Below are positions 48,797-63,027 of a DNA stretch of 64,000 nucleotides, piece by piece; position 1 is the stretch's first letter, and the number at the start of each line of letters is the position of its first letter. The stretch spans positions 1,178,001-1,242,000 of the forward strand of contig CDRNST010000088.1 of the NCBI GenBank assembly GCA_977016875.1. Direction: 5' to 3'. Under the pieces are notes generated by a model that had not been told where the DNA came from, did no database searches, and saw only the letters and a list, made by a program, of their open reading frames with translations. Source of the stretch: Pavona decussata (lineage: Eukaryota). The translations under genes and the position numbers were made by a program.

Positions 48797-51700
48797 AACG
48801 TTTAGTAAATGTTTTGTCTATTTTCGTACTTTCCACCACACTTGGCGCTTAATTATACCAGTTTCTTCCACAATACAACGGCTGCTTGGTAGTGTGATTG
48901 AAATCCTTTATAAATGAATTCTTTTGTCTTTCTTTTGTTTTGCTTTAATCTCTTGATTCGATTTCACCCAATTGATTCCAAACAGACACTTTCTAGTCGC
49001 GTCTTTATTAACTCTGTGCCTCAGTGTGTTACTGTTGAAATGATCTGCAAAACATAAACATTGTTCAAAGAGTTTCAGTTTGCAATATTCTGCCAGAGGC
49101 GAAGGGGCTTAAGATGGAATCTTTCCAAAAAACCTATTGTTTACAGTGTTGACAACTCCTAATTATAAATTAAACTATGGCAGGTGCTGTCTGGCCGGAG
49201 GGTGTCTGCAGGTTCGAATCTTTGTCAGCCATGACTTGCTAGTACTAAGGAAACAGGTTCAGGATTTTATTCAACACTACGGGAAAGCCGACGGCCAAAT
49301 AAATAGCTTTTATTCAGTTTAGACGAATGTTTGGTTTTATGAACAGTGTTGAGTAGGTATATTTTGGCCACCGCCAGAGGATCTAGTGCTAACGTTTCTG
49401 ACCTGAGGTTAAAAACACTGTAAAACGTTAAGAGCCCAGTAGAAAATGTACTTCTTAGTAGAATTGTCTGAGTTGAAGAGTCGAAAAACATCGGAAAGCA
49501 TTATAAGCAATACTACAGGAAAGTTTTGTAAGGGCGCACTCACTTACGAAGGCACCTTAAAGAAATAAGTTTCCAAAAACTAGGTTTTTTTTCAGTTTCG
49601 ATAACGTCTAATTATAACTGAACTGTGCCAAGTGGATTCCTAGCCAAACCTGACTTGTTAATATCAAGGGAACAGGTCACTACCAAAGATCTGCTGTTTG
49701 CTTAGCTTAATCCCTACTCCCGTTTGCTACCAACTTAGAAATAATAATAATAAAAATTCAAAATGTTGAGAACCTTATGGAAAATGTATTGCTCCAGTCA
49801 GAGTGGCTCTCACAGGAAGAGTCAATTGGGTCAATTCAGACAGGTTCAAAAGTTGGAAAGCGTCCTCGTACAGAATGACATATTTAACGCAAAACCAAAC
49901 GATTTATTGCAAAACAAATAGATACAACTGGCATGTTCCACTGACGAAATCCGTCACTAAAGTGCTCATTACCAGTTATCGGCCCGGTGTGGTTGTTTTC
50001 TGAGTAGACTGAGCTCATGCGCAGTTTCAGTTGGGATAATTAACACTCACTGTCAGTCTCAATGTGGATGAAAGTGAAGCTGGATGTGAGCATTAAGCAG
50101 AACTTTCTGTCAAGCTGTGTATTATGTCAGGTTATTGATTCCAACTCAGGTCCCTAACTTTGAGTGTTTATATATTCATATAGAAGCTCTGGTTTAGCAA
50201 ATTGTTCCTGTACTATTACCTCTAATATCAGACAGGGTATTTTCAATAGGATACAACCAATGCGTTACGATTCCTCAAATGAAAGCTTGTTTGCAGAACT
50301 TTCCTAATTTAAAATTATACCTTGCTTGCTAGTGGCTGTGAATTTTCGCGGTGCACCCCAGCCTTCTCAGTGTAATGTTCAAAATTTCTTACTGCTTAAT
50401 CATGTATATGCCCTCGACTGTAAACGGTTGCCACTGACCTAATTACACTCGCAATAAAGAAGCGGACGTCTTCTAAACCTAAAGCAGATGTAATTATGTT
50501 GCCCATATTACTAAAAACGTTTAAGGACGTGTACAAGCACTTCAAATTAACATAAAATATCTTGTTTCGTTTAATTTGCGTCCTATTTTTTTAAACCGTA
50601 CATTTTCTTCCCTGACTTGTAATTCTTTTTGTGTCTATCAATTTCCATAGCCAAGCGTCGATAAGCCGACCTTTTTAATTATTGGCTCCCATAATTTTCA
50701 TTTTCAAATATCTGCCAGCAAACGTATTTTATTGCGTATTTACAGATGGTTCATTTTTTGCTATAAAACTGATTTCAGTTAAATGCTTCTGGAAAAGAAA
50801 AAATGACTGAAATCTTCCGTTTTGTCGGCATTCGGCGTCCTGTAATGTCTCGTAGGGAAGGTAATTTTGGTATAATGCCGTAAACGAAGAAAAGATCCAG
50901 ACGATCTAATCAACCTAGCTGTGAGGTCTGAAGACAAAATAACTTTTTTAAACGATTTTATCTCACGTATTCAACATCATGATCAAAACACTGTTGAAAC
51001 TCCATAACATTTTTTTTAATGAAACGTTATTATGCCAAAAATTCTTTACTCACCAAAAAAAGCAGAATTGCGCAGTGTTTTGTTAATTCTGAATGCACAT
51101 AGTCAGAAAGCTTTGAGAGTCTGCTTTTGTCATTTTCCCAGCATCAGAGCTCGACAAAACACCAATTTAGCATGCTCTACTCATTGCAGCAGAAGACCCT
51201 CGACCGCGCGATAGGAAGCCGTTTTAAGGGGGCTTTTTGACAATAAATCCTTTCAGGGGTCATTTAAAGTAGAGAGGTAGTCGTTTATGGACGTTCGATG
51301 GTATGAGGTTCTCGGAACGAGAAGGTCAGAATTGACGAGTTAGATCTTCAAACTGAAAATATCAGACTTACCGCATCAGTTTGGTTAGGATTTTAACGGT
51401 CTGTCCATATCAGATTCAAAACGAAAAGAGTTTAACGTCTGGCACGATTTTCATTCCTCGAAAAACCCGCAGAATAGGTTAACTGCAAAAGTATCAAGAG
51501 AGCTGCAGTTCACGATTACACATCACGCCAAAAAGTGGTCAGAGCTTTGAATCATGTGGTTTAAACGGGAACATTCTATTGGTGGAGTCGAAAGTTATCT
51601 CTGGGTAAATGGTGGCACTATTACCACTATTATTATTAATACCTGCTTAATTATAGTGGAGCCATGATTCCATAGTATTTTAAATTAATTTGCCTTTTCT

Positions 51701-52434
51701 AGAAGGTATATATTTAAGTGGAATAAAAATATCGTTTTCATATTTTAACTTTGGAGATAGGGAGCTAGCAACGTGCAATGAAAATCTCTTTGCTTATCGT
51801 AAACTGAAAGATGTGCTTTGAGTTTCATTTGTATATGCATTTCATTCTTGTCAACTTTTCGTGTAATATTATGGAAATTTTTCGTTGCCTGGGGTCTTGT
51901 TTTCTGTTTCAAAGTAATGCCTTCGTTTCATCATTATTAAACTGTGCCGAACACTGATTTCACGAGTACTAGCCCAAAAAAATCACGTGCAAAACTGTTT
52001 TTATCCGTTTTTGAGTGTCGATGGGCATTAGATTGATTAGAAACGAGCGATGGGATTTTTATTTTTCAAAAATAGATTTCTTTGAATGGAGTTGTCGGTA
52101 TATCAGTAGGTGACGTAAACGATATCTTCGTTGTTAATTTGACAACCAGAGAATCATTGGCTACTGAAACTAAGACCTCTTTTGTTTAATTGTTGGGCAC
52201 ATTTGAATAACGAAAAGAATGTTTGTAAACAAATCTCTTTCTTCTGAATTACTATTAGATCTAGCATGTTTTTTAGTCCGAGGAAAAATTTTCACCCAGT
52301 TCTTCGGCTCTGGCATGACACCCTATCTACTCCTATCTCTCCTATCAGGAGAGGGCTGTGTTTTGCCCCTTGAAACTCTTGGCAATAAAACCGTTATAAA
52401 TGTAATACAAGTGGACGAATAATAACATTTTACA

Positions 52435-52685
52435 TGATCCGTGACAACAGCGTGAGAAACCTGATACGTGATGGGTGGAGCGTGAGATGTGCTTGGTACG
52501 GTGCGCGATTCGTGATATGCGTGGTATAGGACGTGATGTCGATATATGCGTTATGGGGCGCAGTTCGTAATACGCGTGGCAACGGGTGATTCGAGGGGCG
52601 TCATTAGCGTTATGCGTGGTATGGTGCGTGGTTCGTGATATTATTTGTAACGGGTTGTATTTCACGACGTGATGGTGCGTGGTAT
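52435..52685. repeat. Degenerate CGTG/CGTGAT-rich short-period repeat
   Basis: Recurrent gcgtg/cgtgat units about every 7 bp, CpG-rich against an AT-rich background. Confidence 0.6.
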
Positions 52686-54589
52686 AAACTCCGTATTTTT
52701 CAAGCGGATTCTTGGAATCTTCTTACCAAATAAAGTAATTTACATATAATGTCAATATGCTGCTCTGTATTGAATGTTTTGTCAAGTAAGCCGGATGAAC
52801 ATCGATCTATTTGTATTTTCCGCAAATCGGTTCAATCTCAGTAGCCAGAAGGGTTGCAACTAAGTGCCGTATACATAAGGCATGGTCAGTCTTGCTTTTA
52901 TCATACATATTTATCTTCTAGTTTAATTTAAGGATATTGGTTTTTAATGAATTTCCTAGTCGGTATTATATTATGTGTTAACATTTTTTTTTGCGTTTGT
53001 TGGTTTTTGTATAAACTTTACTTGACGTAGATCTCATATCGTACATGATAATTAACAAGTGATACAAAATCTCAGATTCCCATCAGACACCACAAAAGTC
53101 ATTGTTTATTTTGTTATCTGTTCGTGTTTTAGCTTTCCAAAACACAGGATTAGTCTAGTGGTTTATTCAGGGAGTAAAATACTGAAATGTTATATTTTCA
53201 CCGGAGAAATCAATTTTTCGCACGATTGGTTTATGTTACTTGTGTCGAATGGCGAATTTCAGTATCTCTTCAAAAACCCGGCTATTACGTAATTGGCTTT
53301 CAAGGAATAAAATGCAAAATCTCCTTAAAAAATAATTCAAAACACTTCAGTTTGGTTAACATTCAAAGAAAGTCTGTGAAAGGTTTTGTTCCCAATCGCG
53401 AACACTCTATCTATGATCTTATCAATCCTACTTTTCAAATTACGGAAATGCGTTCAATAAAACTATGAAAGTAACGAACGTGTGGAAAATATTTCCTCTA
53501 GACAAAACCGGAGAACATTGATTTTTGAGAGGTACGCCCGCCGATGCGAATGTCTTAATAATTTAGTATGCTGGAGTAGTTTGTGTTATATAAGCAAAAA
53601 CGACTAGTTTAAAAATGATGTTATTTAATAACAATACTTATTTGGAAACGCGAAATACATCTCTCGACTCTCATAATATCTGCAAAGGGCCGGTTCTCAA
53701 CTGTCTGGACGGGTATTCAGGACTGTAGACTACGGCGCAGTGTCAAAACGTGGTTTTCATATAACGGCAGTGTGGATAGCTGCATGATGTTAAGCGATTA
53801 ACTATAGCAAATATGAACGCAAGTACTTCACCGATATCGATTCGCTATCGGCAGTAAAACCATATTCATCAAAACTATCGTACTGTCTAAACAATTATGA
53901 AAGCATAGGTTTAAGCACTTTAAACATAACATTTCTGGAATCTAATGTTTAGTGTAAAAATTTGTAACAACTGACACAAACCAGTTTCAAATGACTTACC
54001 CCAGTTTAGTCCCGGTAGAAAAGACAAGATCTTTCGACTGCCAGATCGACTATCGACTGTCAACAAATGACTTATTTCATATGCATGCTAACCGCTGTCG
54101 CTTGACTCCCTTTTGATTAGGTGTTTCGAAGTCAGGACGCACACATACATATTAATCGTACACTGCCGAAGCAATTAGTCGGCGATTCATATCTCTAAGT
54201 GTTGACTCCCACAAATTAACAAATCGCTTCTTTCACAATTTTATGCTTTGTGTGGCAGCTGAGTTGGTTCACACGACGGGAAAAATTCCTGTTTTACTCG
54301 ACGTATACATAGAGGCAGACACAGTTGACACCACTTCATTAGCATCATTTATTCTTCGCCTTCTTCCAGCTCAGAGAAATCATTGTCGATTTCGCTTTGA
54401 TTCTTTCCAGCCTGACAACTTCTTACAATTTCTTGGCCTTTTCTTGTGAAAGCAGCCGGATCAGTAGAAGATGTTAAAACGTGTGTGGAAAACATATAAT
54501 GTAATAAAATTTATTCAAAACCACCTTGGGTATTTACATTGTTACCAATCCATTTGGTTACCAGGAAGCATATCTAAATGGGAAACATC

Positions 54590-55050
54590 CACGCTGGTGT
54601 TCCACATATATATGCTCAACCATCGCCTTGCAGTCTCGTTTGAAAACTAGCCACTCGAAGCACGTTGATGACGTTACAATTTCCGAACTTGTCCCCTTTG
54701 ATGCACCCTCTACCCTACAAGCTGACCTTAACATCATATTGAGATGGACTATAACCAAACATGAATCTCAACCCAAAGAAATGTAAAGAAATGATCATAT
54801 GTCCGTTTAAAACTCCCCTGGATGTGAAAGAGAATATTAAATAAATCGTAACTAAGGCCTCTAAGAGGCTGCACATAATTAGAGTGCTAAAACGTGCTTG
54901 AATCCCGCCCCATGACCTGTTACGTATGTACTTTACGCTCATTAGATCAGTGCTCGAGTAGGGATGTGTCGCACGAGCAACAGCCTCCAGGAATACGTAA
55001 GAGCCAAGTTAGAAACGGTCCAGAAGCGTGCGATGTGCATTTTGTTCCCC
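54590..55050 (+). pseudogene. Decayed CR1/L2-group LINE reverse transcriptase fragment
   Basis: Frameshifted, internally deleted pieces: KHVDDVTISE (YxDD equivalent), NMNLNPKKCKEMII, KASKRLHIIRVLKRA, LIRSVLE*G, LETVQKRA. Confidence 0.75.
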
Positions 55051-58000
55051 GAAACCCATTAACGGGACACCTCGTACGTATCAAGAGAGAACTGCATGCA
55101 AATTCTTGCCTCTGCAAAACTTACGGATCCGATTTCATTTGTGCGGCTGCACTCTCGGATACCTTGCGTTGTATTCTTGTTCTCCAAGAGATGTTTTCGG
55201 CTCTTCAGTCTGTTGAGACTTTGTTACTTCAAGTTAATTGTTTTGATTCTAAATCTGCGCAGGCAAACAAAAAAACGTACGTCTTGCCTTCGGTAGTCTT
55301 GCTTCGTTTGTTAACAAGTCAGGTTGAGGAAATCAGTCCAGCCCAGTGTATTAAAGAACTCTGTTGAATTTAGTACGCAATCCTGGTAAAGGGACTGTGG
55401 TTCAACTTTGAGATGGTTCCGCGTTGGACACTTTACAAATGTTCATACGCATACGCCCTTCTCAGTTGCGGTTTCCAACAGTGCTTCATTGTGGCTGTCT
55501 TCGTGCTTGCGATTTTCCGGTGCATCTCTTGTGGGTAGTCAAGGTACCTTACATGTACATTTGGTCTGAAATCGTGTATTTATTCCTGGTACTTTATTTC
55601 AAACTTTGACGTTTCCGCCATTTCGGATGAACATTTTCTATACTCGCTGGAGATGTTTCCCTTACATTTTCCTTGTAGAGTTTCATCGGATATCAAAGGG
55701 AAAACTGTTTAGACCGGTCAAACGAAAAGCACTAGCTCAGTCCAATTTCTCTTTCTAGTCCCTTTAAATTTGTATATGAAGAGAAGATTAAAAGCGTAAA
55801 GTTTGCATGAACACAACGTGGGAAGCACCCTGAGATAGAGAATTTTGCGAGAACAAAACTGGTGGCTAACAGTTAGCTTGAACATATACCCAACGATATC
55901 AGAGACGCTTGCGTTTTCAGAAACGGTCTTACGTCTTGGCCTTGAATTGAAGGATTCCCGCAATTGTTTGTATTCTACTTTGCAATATTTTTGAGCGAAC
56001 TGCGCACGCGTTACACTTTCAACTACTGGGAACGCACAGTGCCAACTCTAAGTGTGGTTTGCGTGCGCTGTAACAAATCATTCCACTTAACTCCGGATGT
56101 GTTCATGCTGTAGCCGTCGCTATACATTTCCTACTCAGCTATTTTTGGCCAATCATCTTTAGTTCCACGACTACACTTAGGCCTTGAATACTAATCACTG
56201 CCATACCGAGAGATCAAAGGCACCGCGCTGCTTTGAATATTTGCTGAATCAGGCATTTAAAATAGGCAGCGGTAGCTTTACTGGATTCCATCGTTTTCTG
56301 AATTCTACACAAACTTTCCTATTGAAAGCTATGGTAAGAGCACTTACACGGCGTCGAATATTAAACTAATTTGCATAAACTGACTAACTTTGTTAGCTAA
56401 CTTTAATAGTACATGATTACATGTAATGTTAAATATATTAACTTAAAATTTATGAATGTTCTAAAAACTGGCTTAAAGAAAATAATTTGGAGAAAATAAT
56501 TTGGAGCCTTTGGAGTGGTTAACTTTGAAAGGCGAAAAAAAAAAAAAAAAAAATTAATCCAAGCCCAATCAGCCCTAAGGTGGACTCGAATCCTAGACTT
56601 CCAGATCGCCACGTTTTGACCAATCGACACCTGGAGGTCTGGGATGGGTGACCGACACGAAACATACAAGGAAAAAAAAGAAAAAAGAAAGCGACAGAAA
56701 GAAACAATATGGTTAAGAATCCCATCTGGCGGACCAGCTGGCTATACTTACAAGAGAGGCCGAGGGCAGCCGAGAATAAACAATTTTATATTCTTGGGGA
56801 ATTTGATCTTCTCATCACGGAAAGGGCTAGAATTTCAAGGATCATCTGAGTGTTCATCGTCAGTTTCGACGCCTGAAACATAATCTTTCTAACTGCTCTT
56901 GGAAAACTTACTTGTTGTTGCAAAATCGTGTTGGTGCGTATTCGTTTTCACTGTTTGGCCGTTCCATAGTTTAGAATGCTAGTATTGGCTTTCTTAATGA
57001 ATTCTGGATCGAGCAAAATTAGCGTTTTATTGTTTTATTTATCGTTCTCATGAAAATATCGATTTTTTTCAAAGTGTCCATCCTGGCAATCAATAATTGG
57101 TACAAATCTAACCCCTTTCGACTAAGAAAAGACTACGGTAAAAAAGTTAGGTATGGTCGCCAAAAAACACCTTAATTGACACTGTTGCAAATCGAAAAAC
57201 CAATATTCAATCTTATTCGGCGAAGTAGTCTCAGCCGTTGGAAATAATAATTAGGAAGAGTCTAATGGTCTTAAGATTCTCAACGTCAACAAATATTTCT
57301 CCCGGCAATGTCTATGGTACTTATCAGCAGTAAAAAGCCATTGACAAAGGGATTCCTTCCGCTATAAAGTATTGTACCGGAATAAATTAAATATTGAATG
57401 AGACAAAGGCGGAGGCGAATCATTTGCCATCAGCTCGAGAGTGGCCATATTAAGACACCTTTGAGAGTCAAACGTGTTTTGGCAGTTGGCAGTTTTTAAT
57501 TGTTGACCCTGGCTTGGACCACTTTGGACTCTGTTTTCAATTAGCACTTTTTTTTAGAGTATTTCTGTATGAGTTTTTTTAAATGGACGTTTGCCATCTG
57601 CTTGTGTGGCATTGTGGGTAACTTAAGGTTTAGAGCTCTTCCAATTTTCAAGGGCTGTGAACCAAAACATGTCTAAAACATAGCATGTAGTGAGTTGTTG
57701 AAAGTTTCTGTAAAAGAAAACGCGTTGGAAAAAGCAGTTTAAGAATAAACTTTAAAAACAAGAAGGTGACTTCTTGCAATAAGAAAAAACTAAAATAAAT
57801 ATTGAGTGAGACAAAAGTGGAAATAGGACATTTTGCCATCAACTTAAGAGTGGCAATTTTAAGACATCTTTAAGAGTCTTTCGTGTTTTTCTTCCCTACC
57901 AAATGTGAATTCACACACAATGACAAACACTCGCACTTATTCATACAGGGAGGGATTTCTGTCAGAAGAACAAGAACATGTTTGACGTTTGTATACGTAA

Positions 58001-59336
58001 GACGCACTTAGAGAATTTCAATTGTTATCATTTTAATTGAAAATTTCTTTCTTTACTGACTGATATAAATTCAACTCTGTATCAACCACTGCATTTGCAA
58101 ATGTCGAAACAAGTGTTATTTATGCAAAGAAAAGCAATTCTGATCTATCATTAGTCTGCTTCTATTTAGAGCCTAAGTTAACCATTCCTAAGGTTCCATA
58201 TGCAATTTCGAAAGACTGAAAAATTTGGTTATCCATGTTCGAGCATCGCGCCTTATGCTTTCCACTGGGTCGTAGTTTCTTGTAGTGCTGTTTGTATTGG
58301 TAGTGTTAAACCTACAGCATATAATAACAAATATAATTCGTTGTTACTGTAATTAAAACCGAACAAAACTCAACAAAAAAAAACCCCTAAAACCAGTACA
58401 TAACAAAAAATATACTAAAATTATATAAATGAGCGATTAGACAGCTTACCTTCACAATGAAAATCTTTTTGCTGGTGCTTTGGCCCTCGGTTCTCAGTGT
58501 TGCTTGTTACGTTTTTTTATGACGGAGGAAAGTCTGTAAATTTAGTGGAATTTAAGGTAAATAGCAAAATAAGGATTTTTCTCAAATTACAAGAAATTAA
58601 ATTGACATATTGACAAACTATCAATTTTTATTTAAAAAGCCCTATATTAAAAACTTCGATTAAATGTCAAATTGTAAAATTTACATATTTTTAAAATCTT
58701 TTCTTCTGTGTTTTATTGTTGACCAGAGACGGGAAAAGGATGTCACACGTTTGCCACAATAAAAAAATCGAATTATTTTTATATCTCTCAAAGCAACATA
58801 TGTAAGTACTTTTTCGCATGATTTTGTCAGTTTCTCATTGAGAAATCAGACAAGTGAGATGAATTGGAGTTGCTGTCATTAAGTTTTTTTTCTGTCATTT
58901 GCAAAACAAATGTTTGAAGAAAGTCTGACCCAGAAACTACATAGGGTCACGGCGAATTGGCTGAACTCATGCAAGGAGGAATTTTTATGGAATAAGACAG
59001 CTTTTTGCAGGTGCTTTTTCAGATACTAGGGTAGTATTTCTCATGAGAGGCGCAAACATGACAATTCTCCATTAAAAGATAAAAGGTAGTATTTTTTACA
59101 GCAAAGCGTTTATTGAGGGGAAATATACACCAAAAAAGAGCGAGTGCAAATATGATGCAATGTCGAAACGCAGTCGAAATGAAAAAAGGCTTAAACAATT
59201 GGTGCGAGAACTGGGATGACCGTAATCTTTCACCTGAACAAGCTAGACTAGCAGTAATAAAAGATTATAGGAGTGCGTTCGAAACTTCCCTTTGGCTGTT
59301 TCTTATCTTCTATTGCTTTGCAGAATACTTGAAGTA

Positions 59337-59552
59337 ATATATCAAACACCAGACACAGTGTTTCATCACAAATCAAACACCGAGAAGAGATTTGAAAAAC
59401 GACGCTTAGCGGAGTATTTTCGACGAACTTCGAGGTTTTTGATATTCTGATGAAACACAGTGTGACGAGTGTTTTATATAACTTCTCTTAGAAAATGGTC
59501 ACACCCACTCAGCCAATCAGTGCCCAGTATTTGTGTGCTCTATATCCAATAA
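59337..59552. mobile_element. Hairpin-type element
   Basis: Hairpin 59337-59480 (atatatcaaacac..gtgtttcatca / tgatgaaacac..gtgttttatata; centre cgc-tta-gcg), followed by cagccaatcag. Confidence 0.7.
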
Positions 59553-61421
59553 ACCGTCTTAAATTTTGTAAAGAGGCGGGGGCTTTGAAGCTCAGGGAAA
59601 TTGTGGGGTAAAATAATTACTCATTAATATGCTCTATATAGAGCATACTAATGAGTATATAGAGCACGGGTACGGGTACGGCTTGCCATCACCTCTCATG
59701 ACTTCCAATATGAATCTTGTAAGCCAGTAATTTACCTCTCAATTTGTGTGTTTCGGTATTAAGCCCAGGCTCGATAAACGTTTACCGACCACGCGGTACT
59801 TTGTCGAGTTTTCTTTGAAATTCTGTCTCTTTCTCTTTGCTCAATTTCGTTCACTGTGGTAGGCTTTTGGAAACATACACTTTTATCGAATTCCTTCCCC
59901 AAGCACTCGGACATGGCTACGCTCTCAAAAGCAAGTTACTCTTGAGTGGCAAGGACGGCTTCAAGTTCCTTGAGCTCTGTATACTGGCTCATAGCCAGAG
60001 TAAATGAGCCATCAAAACAACAAAGAATAAACAATACTCCAAAGAAAGAAAAGCATTGTTATTCATAAAATTCTACCAACATTACGGGGACATCCCAAAC
60101 AAAATAACAACGTAATTCCCAAGTGTGAATGACACAATTAAAATACGCTCATAAATAGAATCTGCATAAGATATGGTTTCATCGCGGATGTGATCACGTT
60201 CTAAGTCTGTGCTCGTGTCCTTTGGGAAATAGCGCCTCTAGCATTAGATAGAAGAGCCAGTAGGATTTCGTCTTTATGATTAAGTATCATAATAGTCTTT
60301 AAAAATAGATAGTTCCCAAGAAAGACAAGATGGCAGTTCTTAATTAAACTTAGGTATTGAAAACCTTGAAAACACTGTTTTCAATTAACACTCTCTTCAG
60401 AGTATTTCTGCAGGAGTTTTTTTTATTGGACGTTTGCCATCTGCTTGTGTGTTTCGTTTAGGACACTTCCAATTTTCAAGGGCTGTGAACCAAGCATGTC
60501 TGAAAAATAGATAATTAATCAGAAAAACATCTAACAAATAGTTGTGGAAAAACCCTGGTGGAAATTACTGCAAAAAGAAAACGCGCCAGAAAAACCAGTT
60601 AGGAAGAAACTTTTCAAACATAAATCTTTTCTTCGGTGTTTTCATTGTTGACCAAAGAGGGAAAACAAGCTCCACACGTTTGCCACAAAAAATGGCCAAT
60701 GTAAACTTTGCATGTACTGTTTCCGTTTTCAGGTACAACTGATTCAAATTACAACAAAGAATCGGATTTATATTCCCTTTTCAACTTAACGACCATTCAT
60801 CTCTCATAGTAAAGTGTGTTACTTTTTATTTTGGTATAATTTACTGCCATTTTCACTGGGACTTTAACGTCTTTAAGAATTTTCCTAGAAAATGGCAATC
60901 GGACACGTGAGATGAATTGTAGTGGCTGTCGTTAAGCCTTTATCTGTCATTTGCAAAACAAATGTTCGAAGAAAGTATGGCAGAAAAAAAATAGGGAGAC
61001 AGCGAATTTTGGCTGATCTCAAGGAGGAATTTGTATGTAATAAAATAACTCGAATTAACTACTTTTCCCGGCCTTAAATTGTGGAAAGCAACTGCACATT
61101 TCTACTCGTCTGTAGTATCGGCTTTAAAATACCCTCTTTTATTCACACTTTGAACTCTGACTCCAAAGGAAACTTGTCCGTCAACCGAAAATAATATGTT
61201 CTAGGTTCCTAGGTTCGTGGATATTCTTTCCTAGTTGAAAATTAACTTAATGACCATCCTTATCTTGAAAGACGCATAATTCGTCTCAGGTGCCTAATGC
61301 ATCTGTTCAAGATAAATATGGAGACTATAAAACAACAGCAAACGAATGAAACCTTGACGAGAGGGATAGGTTATAAGAGCCCCCATAGTAATATTGGGGG
61401 GAAAATTTATTTGAACTGAGA

Positions 61422-61864
61422 GGCCCCATCCACACTAAAGCGTTTTCAAAAGTGTCCGTTTTTATCTCGACAAAAACGAAGCGAACTATTTTCATTCACA
61501 CTAGCGTTTTCGTATCGGTTTCGCCTATCCACACTAAAACGCTCGAAAACGATGAAAACGACTGGAACCTAGGATTGCGCATGTGTTAGCATCACAAGAC
61601 CATCCGCCATCTTGGATAGATGCTCCGTTTTGGACTGGAACCGATTGCATGTGACGCCTCTGTTTTTCGTCACTGTTTTTAAAAGTCTCCGTTTTCACCT
61701 GTCCACAATAGAAACGATGCGTTTTCAAACGTCTTCACTTTTGAAACCGTTTTCGAAAGTCTCCGTTTTTATCGGTGCTTTTGGGCGTTTAGTGTGGACG
61801 ATAGGCGAAAACGCATCAAAAAGTATGCTTTTTCAAACGAAAACGCATTAGTATGGATGGGGCC
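61422..61864. mobile_element. PIF/Harbinger-like MITE
   Basis: TIR ggccccatccacactaaagcgtttt / aaaacgcattagtatggatggggcc, with many CGTTTT repeats. Confidence 0.8.
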
Positions 61865-61879
61865 CAAACATGATGGCTA

Positions 61880-62228
61880 TAGGGACCTTACAAACACACG
61901 ACGACGAAGACAAAAGGTTTAATGAGCAAAATAATGGCTCTTTACGTGAGTTAAAAAAAACCCTTTTCTTTGACTTCCTCTGCAAGACAACGACGTGAAA
62001 TGACCAAATTCAAAGTTTTACGGAGAACGTGGGCACAAGACGGTGAATTTTTCTTTCTCTTTCTGGCCTTGAACGTCGTTACTACTAATAATAACTCGAC
62101 TAATTCGTTCACATTGCTCGAGTTGAACGCATTGGAATAACCACAAATTAGATCAGATAACGTAAATTTTATTTCTAAGTGACGTTTTTGTCGGTTGGCG
62201 TTGCCGTCGTGCATTCGTTAGGTCCCTA
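61880..62228. mobile_element. MITE with TAGGGACCT termini
   Basis: tagggacctta..cacgacg / cgtcgtg..ttaggtcccta. Confidence 0.7.
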
Positions 62229-62754
62229 TTTATCACAAATCAAAGTCAGTCCAAAACCAACAGGTGCAGATAGTTTTTGAATCAGAAAGCCGTACAAGAA
62301 AACGGAGCTACAGCCAAATGATGTTCGAAAACGGAAACAGCAGTTCCTTAAGCCGTCCTACTACGTTTAGCGCCGACTCAGAAAACAAAAAAACAACGCA
62401 GTCGAAATGAAAAACACTGCAACAAACGGTGGGAACAGGGATGACCACAGTCGAATTGTAGGAACAAGTTGGGACACAAAGCCTTAGTGCTAAGTGCTTC
62501 TGTTTCATGCGTCTTGACCAATGTGGAGCGACCTGCACCGTTTGCAGCGTCTCACTGACATTATTGGTCGAAAGAGCAGAAGAACAAAAAACAAAACAAT
62601 GATGCTGGACATAAAAACAATGGAGCTGCAGGTTATTTGGGTCCAGTGATAACAGAGCGGGCTCTGACGAATAATTTGTCTACCAAGATAAATACGGCCA
62701 AGATTATCTCATTGATAAGGCCATTGCATCCCTTTTCCCTGTTTATCAAATAAA

Positions 62755-63018
62755 AGAAAGATCCTCGCAGTTAGTACGCAACTTAAGCAGTCGCGAAAAG
62801 AAAGCCTGAAAAAAAAAAAATTCAGGCTTGAACGGGATTTGAACCCATGACTTCTGCGATGCCGGTGCAGTGGTCTACCAACTGAGCTATCAAGCCAACT
62901 GGGAGCTGGTCATATTGCGAGCTCGTAATACACCCGTGAAGGCAAGATCAAATAGAAGAAAGATCCTCACAGTTAGTACGCATTTTAAGCAGTTGCGAAA
63001 AGAAAGCCTGAAAAAAAA
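62755..63018 (-). mobile_element. tRNA-cored repeat, family A, second locus (tail-core-tail)
   Basis: The reverse strand reads ggcttgatagctcagttggtagaccactgcaccggcatcgcagaagtcatgggttcaaatcccgttcaagcc. The tail agaaagatcctc.cagttagtacgca occurs at 62755 and 62957. Confidence 0.85.
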
Positions 63019-63027
63019 TATAGTCGA

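Larger units (their letters stand above)
57380..62470 (+). repeat. Old diverged local tandem duplication (~57530-59245 vs ~60370-62470; also 57380-57480 vs 57790-57890)
   Basis: Collinear shared blocks: ggacgtttgccatctgcttgtgtg, cttccaattttcaagggctgtgaacca, cacacgtttgccacaa, tctgtcatttgcaaaacaaatgtt, aacgcagtcgaaatgaaaaa. Confidence 0.8.

Noticed and set aside
41296-48917. Overlapping alternative-frame and antisense ORFs within the GPCR genes (and likewise within the zinc-finger gene)
   Set aside because: Shadows of the real coding sequences, with no independent motifs.
54240-56200. Possible coding remnants flanking the CR1/L2 fragment
   Set aside because: Only short frames with stops and no motif I could recognise; a TBLASTX search would be needed.
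59447-59460. Hammerhead ribozyme core (CTGATGA..GAAA); also checked near 43696 and minus-strand candidates near 39820, 44090 and 44915
   Set aside because: No stem II or properly placed GAAA/cleavage triplet. At 59447 the motif is simply one arm of a DNA palindrome.
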